Part shown: one piece after another, positions 57,880 to 64,000 of the stretch
Numbering within the stretch: the first letter of the stretch is position 1
How the letters are laid out: every line of letters starts with the position of its first letter
Virus record (IMG/VR): IMGVR_UViG_3300043410_000857
Coordinates: 1,272-65,271 of that record
Reading direction: 5' to 3' (one strand)
Source of the DNA: a virus
Taxonomy: Duplodnaviria; Caudoviricetes
Length of the DNA: 64,000 nucleotides
Position numbers and translations under genes: made by a program
The notes under the pieces: generated by a model
What the model saw: only the letters and a program-made list of their open reading frames with translations
Databases searched by the model: none
Told to the model about the DNA's origin: nothing

Positions 57880-58139
57880 TTACAATTCCACCTTTTTAAA
57901 GAAGCAGCCTTACGAGTAGGTCTACCTTTTTCATCTTTCATAGGACCTGGCATACCAGACATACGTGCACAAAATGATCTCTTACGAGGGCCACCTTGTG
58001 GTTGCGGTGCTTTTAAATTTGATCCTGTTGCAGCATTATATTTAGCACGACCTTTAGCGGTAAGACCTGCACCTTTTGATACAGGGAGCTTCTCACCACG
58101 TCCAACTGCTAAGCTTGGACCTTTTTTCTTACTAGCCAT
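57876..58139 (-). CDS. Conserved basic phage protein
   Basis: GLTAKGRAKYN..TGSNLKAP, RKRSFCARM, LKRWNC. Confidence 0.75.
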   Translation of the reverse strand: MASKKKGPSLAVGRGEKLPVSKGAGLTAKGRAKYNAATGSNLKAPQPQGGPRKRSFCARMSGMPGPMKDEKGRPTRKAASLKRWNCK

Positions 58140-58440
58140 AAATTAACATCACTGAATCAACGTTAGTAATAGCAGCGTAAACACCTGTACGTGCTCTAAT
58201 ACCTTCACCTGGAAGTAAGAGATAGTAAGTGCCTTGATTAGCCGCTGTTGGAGTACTAACTGTAGCTAATGGAATACCGCTTGTATTTGATCCGTCATAT
58301 AAAACTACAGTACCTGCAAGAGCTGCAGAAGTTCCGTAAATAGCTTTGATACGGCAAGGACCTAATACAGTAGCTTGTTGAGTCTTAAATGTATTACTTG
58401 AGCCTAGTGGTTGCGTTACTAGTACATCGGTTTGCATCAT
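58132..58440 (-). CDS. Small virion structural protein
   Basis: MQTDV, LPGEGI, beta-rich. Confidence 0.65.
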   Translation of the reverse strand: MMQTDVLVTQPLGSSNTFKTQQATVLGPCRIKAIYGTSAALAGTVVLYDGSNTSGIPLATVSTPTAANQGTYYLLLPGEGIRARTGVYAAITNVDSVMLIYG

Positions 58441-58443
58441 AAT

Positions 58444-58599
58444 TTATTCCCCTTGTGGTTCTTCTGTATCTAATCTTTCCACTAATGCAGTATATGCATC
58501 GATGGCGCCTTGAGATGCTGTAACAAAACTAGATGCTTGATTACGCTCTGCCTCAAGACGCTTGATCTCAGACAAAAGAAACTCTTTTGTAATTTCCAT
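58444..58599 (-). CDS. 51-aa coiled-coil protein (not in ORF track)
   Basis: MEITKEFLLSEIKRLEAERNQASSFVTASQGAIDAYTALVERLDTEEPQGE*; TAATG coupling. Confidence 0.65.
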   Translation of the reverse strand: MEITKEFLLSEIKRLEAERNQASSFVTASQGAIDAYTALVERLDTEEPQGE

Positions 58600-59180
58600 T
58601 ATTGTGCGTTAGAAACCATTAAGTAGTAAGGAGTGCTACCAACCATAATCTTGATTGTATGAGTCACTGCCGCTGCTGTCTTAGCTGGAACTAATGCTGA
58701 AGGTAAGTTAAAGAGGTTAGTAATAGCACCTGTAGTAGCACCAGAATCTGTTACTCTAATAAATGATGCTGTAGCTGGAACTGTAACACCTGCACCAAAG
58801 TTTGTATCAGCTTGAATAACTGATAGTGTACCTGTTTGAGCTGTTTGTGTACCACCTAAAGTAGCTCTGATTGCATTACCTGCACCAGAAATCTTACCTG
58901 AACCATCTACTTCTAAAGAAATATGAGCACCATTGATTGTGCCACCTACAGCTGCTGTAGTTGTAGTAACTACTGAGAAAGCTCTTAATGTTTCGCCAGA
59001 ACCTGCTGCTGTAAATGTTAATTTGTCATACATTAAACGAGTATCACCTGTTGTAGCAGATGTTGTACCGTAAGATGCATTGATATTTTGTGCTGTTGTT
59101 ACTGTGATTGGGCTTGTAGCTGTACCGCCAATAAAGCCATTTTGAGACGACACTGGGCCGCTAAACGTTGTTAATGCCAT
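58599..59180 (-). CDS. Virion structural protein (head fibre/decoration-like)
   Basis: MALTTFSGPVSSQNGF N-terminus typical of post-capsid genes. Confidence 0.65.
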   Translation of the reverse strand: MALTTFSGPVSSQNGFIGGTATSPITVTTAQNINASYGTTSATTGDTRLMYDKLTFTAAGSGETLRAFSVVTTTTAAVGGTINGAHISLEVDGSGKISGAGNAIRATLGGTQTAQTGTLSVIQADTNFGAGVTVPATASFIRVTDSGATTGAITNLFNLPSALVPAKTAAAVTHTIKIMVGSTPYYLMVSNAQ

Positions 59181-59185
59181 GATAT

Positions 59186-59261
59186 TTTTCCTTCATACAA
59201 AGTTAAGCTTATCCGTCTTGTATGCGTCTGCCGGGACAGTCTGATAAGCCGGGTAACCCGG
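59186..59261 (-). promoter_or_regulatory. Candidate pseudoknotted 5' leader RNA
   Basis: GGCUUAUC/GAUAAGCU crossed by CAUACAAG/UUUGUAUG, ending at the AAGGA RBS. Confidence 0.5.
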
Positions 59262-59299
59262 ATTCCCAAATAATACCTGAATTGATACTATTTGCAAGC

Positions 59300-59308
59300 A
59301 TTATAGCA
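59300..59308 (-). promoter_or_regulatory. Extended -10 late promoter
   Basis: TGCTATAAT. Confidence 0.65.
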
Positions 59309-59314
59309 CAGAAT

Positions 59315-59341
59315 AAAAAGAAAACCCCTATTTCTAGGGGT
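59315..59341 (-). terminator. Terminator after pqqA
   Basis: ACCCCTAG-AAA-TAGGGGT followed by TTTCTTTTT on - strand. Confidence 0.8.
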
Positions 59342-59360
59342 CTCAGTCGTACGTTTTTTA

Positions 59361-59438
59361 TTACTTATTCATCACGTACATAGTCACTTCAAAGCCAAAT
59401 CTCATTTCAGTTGCTGCTGGTTTTGTCCATTTTGACAT
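59361..59438 (-). CDS. pqqA: Pyrroloquinoline quinone precursor peptide PqqA (auxiliary metabolic gene)
   Basis: Hand translation MSKWTKPAATEMRFGFEVTMYVMNK*; W-x-x-P...R-x-G-x-E-V-T-x-Y PqqA signature; AAGGAGAA RBS; not in ORF track. Confidence 0.95.
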   Translation of the reverse strand: MSKWTKPAATEMRFGFEVTMYVMNK

Positions 59439-59536
59439 AGTAATTCTCCTTAAAATTTTCGTACACACCATGTGTACAGTTGTCAATATATTACTTTTTT
59501 GACTTTAATTCTTACGTAAAACCATGAAAACAGGGT

Positions 59537-59572
59537 AAAGAAAAAGGGCCTACGTTTTAAGTAAGCCCTTTT
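59537..59572 (-). terminator. Terminator after major capsid gene
   Basis: AAAAGGGCTTAC...GTAGGCCCTTTTTCTTT on - strand. Confidence 0.8.
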
Positions 59573-59595
59573 AGTAGTACGTAGCCAGTTGCTAA

Positions 59596-60510
59596 TTAAG
59601 CACCTGGTGAACCCCACATACCGAGAGGATCTGACCAACCAAAGCTGTAACGTTCACGAGCTTTGTAACGTACGTTACCTGTATCAAAGTCACCGTCCAT
59701 AGATGTTGATAATGGAATACGTTCAAAGTGTTTCATGCCGTTAGGAACATCAGTTGTTAAGAAGTAAGCGTTGCTATCTGTTAAGAAGTGGTTAATTGTG
59801 TAACCTTCTGGGATAGAACCGTTGTTCTTAATCGCGTTGATGTCATTGTCAGCTGTTGATACACGTAATTCAGTTTCTAGCAAGCGAGTTGCAACGAATT
59901 GCAATGCTGGTGGAACAACTAATTTACGTGGTTGAGCAGCGATCAAGAGACCACGCTCATCAGTCCAAGCAGCAATTTGAATAACTGCATTTTCAAGAGC
60001 AGTTTCATTTAAGTCTGTTGGAGTTGATTGAGTGTTGCTGTTTGAACCGCCACCAACAAGTGGGTGAGCTGTGTTGAATAATGAAACGCCATCACCACCG
60101 TTGTAAGAACCAGAAGTGTTAAAGCCATTATTAAGAACAGAAGCTGCCTTAACTTGTTTTGTGTATGCCATAGCGCGAGCTAAAGCTTTTGTGTAACGTG
60201 CTGATAATGTGTCATACAAGTTATCTTCTACAGCTTCTTCAGTTAAGCTGAAGCCAAGAGCGATAGTTTGATGATTGTATCGAGCTGTCCAAGCTTCTTG
60301 AGCATTGTCATAAGCGATTGCAGTGCCTTCGTTTTTGACTGGTGCTGCTGAGAAACCTGAAAGTTTTGTTTCTTCTTCGAATGAACGTTCTGATGATTCT
60401 GTTTCATAAATCTCTTTATGTTCTTCACCGTAACGTTTGTATTCTAGACCAAATAATGCATTTAGTCCTGGTAATAGCTCTTTAAGGAGCTGTGCGCGTG
60501 AAATTGCCAT
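59596..60510 (-). CDS. Major capsid protein
   Basis: MAISRAQLLKELLPGLNALFGLEY, LFNTAHP, PRKLVVP, DFDTGNVRYKARERYSFGWSDP. Confidence 0.9.
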   Translation of the reverse strand: MAISRAQLLKELLPGLNALFGLEYKRYGEEHKEIYETESSERSFEEETKLSGFSAAPVKNEGTAIAYDNAQEAWTARYNHQTIALGFSLTEEAVEDNLYDTLSARYTKALARAMAYTKQVKAASVLNNGFNTSGSYNGGDGVSLFNTAHPLVGGGSNSNTQSTPTDLNETALENAVIQIAAWTDERGLLIAAQPRKLVVPPALQFVATRLLETELRVSTADNDINAIKNNGSIPEGYTINHFLTDSNAYFLTTDVPNGMKHFERIPLSTSMDGDFDTGNVRYKARERYSFGWSDPLGMWGSPGA

Positions 60511-60526
60511 GTTATTTTCTCCTTAG

Positions 60527-61132
60527 TTAAGCTGTGGCAGTGCCAAGTGTGTTAAGTTGTTGATGCCATGTACCATTAAACTTAACGATAACTTCTGAGT
60601 AATAACCAGTAGTTGGATCGACAGTTTCAGGAACAAGAGCAGTCACTCTGAATAAGAATGTTGCGTCAGCAGCAGCAGAAGTACCATCAACAGATGAATT
60701 GATATTACCTGTTGAAGCACTGCCTGTACCTGCAACACCTTTAACGTTTGTATTTAAAATAGTACCTGCTACTGGAGTAATCGTTTGATTATTGCCTGTA
60801 ACTGCTACTTTAAATTCAGCAGCTGGATCATTAACAACATAAGCAATAACGTTAGTTACGCCTGTTGCTGGTGCATATTGAGCTTGCACTGTTTGACCAG
60901 ATGAATTTGTATATTGTACACCTACACAAACACCGACAGCGTAAACGCTTGTGCCGTGAATGTCTGCAGCAGATTGTACTGTGCCGCCTGCGACGAAAGC
61001 CAATACTTGACCATTGTAAACAGCTTGACCAGATGTAACAGGGTACTGATTAGTAGCACCTGCATATGGCATGCCGTCAAAACGGTTGATTGGTTTAAAG
61101 CCGTAGGGAGCGGTAACTGATGGATAAGCCAT
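60527..61132 (-). CDS. Capsid decoration / minor capsid protein
   Basis: APYGFKP, VGVCVGVQYT, AYVVNDP; directly upstream of the capsid gene. Confidence 0.65.
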   Translation of the reverse strand: MAYPSVTAPYGFKPINRFDGMPYAGATNQYPVTSGQAVYNGQVLAFVAGGTVQSAADIHGTSVYAVGVCVGVQYTNSSGQTVQAQYAPATGVTNVIAYVVNDPAAEFKVAVTGNNQTITPVAGTILNTNVKGVAGTGSASTGNINSSVDGTSAAADATFLFRVTALVPETVDPTTGYYSEVIVKFNGTWHQQLNTLGTATA

Positions 61133-61155
61133 AGTAATCTCCTTAAATATTTATA

Positions 61156-61602
61156 TTAATTGCCTTTACCGAATGATGTCGATGACTTCTTGTCCGCAAA
61201 CAATGGCATACGAGGATCATTCTGTTTCATAAAGCTGTTATCAACGGCTTGTTCTTGTTGCTTAGCCTGATTAATGTAATAATCATTACGTTGAGTAACG
61301 AACTCTTCTGGGATCTTGCAAAGTAATAATCCACCAATTTCTACACCGTCTTTAAAACGGGAGTTTTGGTCGACCATTAACTTCATTTCAGGGTGGTCCG
61401 CTAATTTAACGGGTTCCCATCCTTCACGCATTCTTGTAGAAACGTTTAGGTTATCAGCTTCGTTTAACAAGCTAGTTCTAATCCAACGATAAGCCCAACC
61501 AGGTACCTTCTTAAATTCAGGTAGTAATGATGCAGGTTTCCAGCTATCTGGTCTTACAAACTCACTTCTTGTTTCTTGTTCACGATCTTTTCTGTTATCC
61601 AT
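61156..61602 (-). CDS. Conserved head-module protein
   Basis: W.PASLLP, YRWIR, REGWEPV, IGGLLLCKIP. Confidence 0.7.
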   Translation of the reverse strand: MDNRKDREQETRSEFVRPDSWKPASLLPEFKKVPGWAYRWIRTSLLNEADNLNVSTRMREGWEPVKLADHPEMKLMVDQNSRFKDGVEIGGLLLCKIPEEFVTQRNDYYINQAKQQEQAVDNSFMKQNDPRMPLFADKKSSTSFGKGN

Positions 61603-62647
61603 TTGCGTTCTCCAATTTTAAAGTTTCTCTTGCATATTGCTCCGGTGTTAGACCAAATTTCTTGGCTAACGCTACTTGTGTCTTCGTCAGACGCACTTTT
61701 TTAGGCGCGGTGCTACGCGTTGCCGGGGCAACTACAGTCGAAGGTTTTGTGCGCTGGGCGGGTGTTTCCTCGTCTAGCGTTGCATCCCCAAAGTATTCTG
61801 GGAATCGTTTTTGCATCGTACTATCAATACGACGGTAATATTCGTCAGATGTAGGATTTACTCCACTTCTAACCAATTTTTCATGTAAGCCTAATGCAAG
61901 GCTTGTCATCTCTTCATCAGATCCAAACCATTCATTTTTTTCCTGCCAAGCTGCTGCTTTTGGATCAGGCTTAAATGCTTGTGTTTGAGGCTGTTGTTGT
62001 AATTGTGGTATATATACCTCATTTTGTTCGTCTTGTAAAGGACTTTCGTATTGAGGTCTATAATTTTGAGCTTGAGACAGCCTTAACTGTGCATCATTCA
62101 TCTTTTGTTGAGCTTCAACAATTTGATCTGTATTACCAGAATCATAAGCTTCACGATATTCTCGTTTAGCTAAACTAAGCTGATGCTCTAATCCACTCTT
62201 AAGTGTTTCAATATAAGTTGCTTCGCCTGAACTTAATGTAGCTTTTAGCTTCTTATTATCTTCTGCAATCTTTTGAGCAAATTTAATAGCCTCTTCACGC
62301 TCTCTATCAGCAGCTTCTTTAGCACGTCTTTCGTCATGCCAAACTTTTTTAAGCTGCGCCATTCTTTGTTTAACTCTTTCAGAATAGTCATCGAGCGTAT
62401 CTTTTTCGATTTCATCAACTACCTCTTTTGGTAAAGGCTCACGACCTTTATCTTGTGGAGGAGTATCGTCTTCTATCTCAAGGTCAAAATCTTTAGCTTC
62501 AACCTTTGGCTCTGCCTTCACTTCTCGTTTAGGCTCGGCTTCTTTAATTTCTACTTCATCTGTTTCAATAGCAGATTTCTGATTCTCCGGAATTTCAACG
62601 TCATCTGGATATTCAAAAACAATGCCATCTTGTTTTACAGTAGCCAT
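61595..62647 (-). CDS. Capsid scaffolding protein
   Basis: Acidic coiled coil; W...N.WFG; C-terminal LTKTQVALAKKFGLTPEQYA. Confidence 0.75.
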   Translation of the reverse strand: MATVKQDGIVFEYPDDVEIPENQKSAIETDEVEIKEAEPKREVKAEPKVEAKDFDLEIEDDTPPQDKGREPLPKEVVDEIEKDTLDDYSERVKQRMAQLKKVWHDERRAKEAADREREEAIKFAQKIAEDNKKLKATLSSGEATYIETLKSGLEHQLSLAKREYREAYDSGNTDQIVEAQQKMNDAQLRLSQAQNYRPQYESPLQDEQNEVYIPQLQQQPQTQAFKPDPKAAAWQEKNEWFGSDEEMTSLALGLHEKLVRSGVNPTSDEYYRRIDSTMQKRFPEYFGDATLDEETPAQRTKPSTVVAPATRSTAPKKVRLTKTQVALAKKFGLTPEQYARETLKLENANG

Positions 62648-62657
62648 TTATTTCTCC

Positions 62658-63110
62658 TTATGCGCGAGTGTAGCCGCGTGGGTCTAAAACCACACCTTCT
62701 ACAGTATCGTCGTTAATAATGCGGAATTCTCTTCCGTGGATTTTAAATCTAGTACCTGCATATGCACGTGTTAAAATAAAATCACCCTCTTTACACCATG
62801 GACCAGTCGGGAATCTTGACTCGTCTTTGTAACATAGATCACCCATTCTAACTACAAACAGTACTACAGTTGAATGTTCTTCTACATGTTTTGTTTGGCC
62901 AGCTTTCACTAGACCACTTTCATATGTATCCGCTACTTCTGGAATAGCACATAAAATTCTATAGCCTTTTGGATCTGGCAGTTGTAATCCTCTTTCTTCA
63001 ATTGGAATATTTTCTGCTTCTACTTCTTCTACCTTTGGAATAACAATCGGTCGACCATTTGCATCTACCAAATTCTTATTCATTGTGAGTATTTGATCAC
63101 TCATCGTCAT
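62658..63110 (-). CDS. groES: GroES-like co-chaperonin
   Basis: LPDPKGYRIL, mobile loop TYESGLV, VVRMG, CKEGDFIL..YAGTRFKI.G.EFRIINDD.V.GVV. Confidence 0.85.
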   Translation of the reverse strand: MTMSDQILTMNKNLVDANGRPIVIPKVEEVEAENIPIEERGLQLPDPKGYRILCAIPEVADTYESGLVKAGQTKHVEEHSTVVLFVVRMGDLCYKDESRFPTGPWCKEGDFILTRAYAGTRFKIHGREFRIINDDTVEGVVLDPRGYTRA

Positions 63111-63291
63111 AAGTCTCCATCGTTTTTGCAAGGTCTTTTAGTATTGATTCTGCAGTAGCCAGACCCTGAATAAAGCCTACTGAGTGTTGATATTGAGCGA
63201 AATCTTTCGATGCCCCATCAATAATTCCTGTTTCTATTGTTTTGCGTCTATCAGCTATTCGAGACAATAATAGCTCTAGCGTTGGTTCCAT
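63097..63291 (-). CDS. Conserved hypothetical protein
   Basis: DFAQYQ..VG.IQGL; sits between portal and groES. Confidence 0.7.
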   Translation of the reverse strand: MEPTLELLLSRIADRRKTIETGIIDGASKDFAQYQHSVGFIQGLATAESILKDLAKTMETYDDE

Positions 63292-63294
63292 ATG

Positions 63295-64000
63295 TTACTC
63301 CTGTGGTTTTTGTTGATTCCTTTGCGCTTCTACTTGTTTGGCTTGAACGCCAACTTGTTGTTCACGAATATCAAATTCACGATTAGATTTAACTGCATCA
63401 ATACCTAATTTAGTTCCTTCGACAAATTGTTTAGCTTCTAAATCTTTAGCACTCTTCACAGATTGTGCACCTAATGTAGCGCCTGCAATTCTTTCTTGTG
63501 ACTCAACACGCATCTTGTCAAGTGCAAGTCTTGCATGTTCAATCTCAATATCAGCTTGTGTTTTTTGCTGTTTGATTTGTAAGTCTTGTGCTTTTAATGC
63601 TAACTCTTGTTGTTGCATTTGGATGAGCGGATCTTGTTGCTGTTGTTCAATTTGTTTTTGTTGAACTTCAGATTGATCTTTAGCTAATAATTTAGATGCA
63701 GCAGCTGCCATGAGTTTAGAAATTTCAACTTCAACATCTTCTGGTAATACTTCATCTAAATCAGGAAGCGGTACACCAAGTTGTTCTTCAATTTGTTTTC
63801 TATATTCAAACGCAATATGTTCATTAATATGTGCCATCGCTGCAGCTTGAATAGTTTGTGCTTGAGGATTTTGGCCTACTAATTCTAAGATTTTTGGATC
63901 TTGCATAGCAGCCATATGAACTTGAATATGTGCTTGATGATCTTGATAGATAAATGCTTTAACAGGCTTACCATTAATGATCGCCATATTTTCTGTTACA
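63295..64000 (-). CDS. Portal protein, C-terminal part (enters from window end)
   Basis: Open frame from the edge: VTENMAIINGKPVKAFIYQDHQAHI...AHINEH, then Gln-rich coiled coil. Confidence 0.8.
   Translation of the reverse strand, partial: VTENMAIINGKPVKAFIYQDHQAHIQVHMAAMQDPKILELVGQNPQAQTIQAAAMAHINEHIAFEYRKQIEEQLGVPLPDLDEVLPEDVEVEISKLMAAAASKLLAKDQSEVQQKQIEQQQQDPLIQMQQQELALKAQDLQIKQQKTQADIEIEHARLALDKMRVESQERIAGATLGAQSVKSAKDLEAKQFVEGTKLGIDAVKSNREFDIREQQVGVQAKQVEAQRNQQKPQE

Noticed and set aside
1-64000. Integrase, att site, phage RNA polymerase, DNA methyltransferase or stop-codon recoding
   Set aside because: No matching motifs seen; genes are intact and densely packed under the standard code

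Overview
This window is an almost complete, circularly permuted, AT-rich tailed-phage genome with podovirus-like organisation; the portal gene is split across the two window ends. The + strand arm (4.2-27 kb) carries ardC, a gp88-like gene, a non-coding origin-like region, about 40 small early genes, PolA, a Cas4-like exonuclease, SNF2 helicase, SSB and a DUF927 primase-helicase. The - strand arm (27-64 kb plus 1-2.8 kb) carries terminase, portal, GroES, scaffold, major capsid protein, tail proteins, five glycine-rich fibre paralogues, lysis genes and ejection proteins. Features missed by the ORF track: (1) a 25-aa PqqA (PQQ cofactor precursor) of Methylophilaceae type, in its own terminator-bounded cassette behind the capsid gene, pointing to a methylotroph host; (2) a cluster of structured non-coding elements upstream of polA, two of which close with a loop-E (GAA/AGUA) stem and end in tRNA-like ACCA; (3) a pseudoknotted late leader; (4) a 13-24 bp motif present three times; (5) an IHF/iteron region; (6) a sharp GATC-rich to GATC-free switch in the early arm. 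I saw no integrase, RNA polymerase, canonical tRNA or CRISPR array. Family calls come from motif recognition and counts were made by eye, without database searches.
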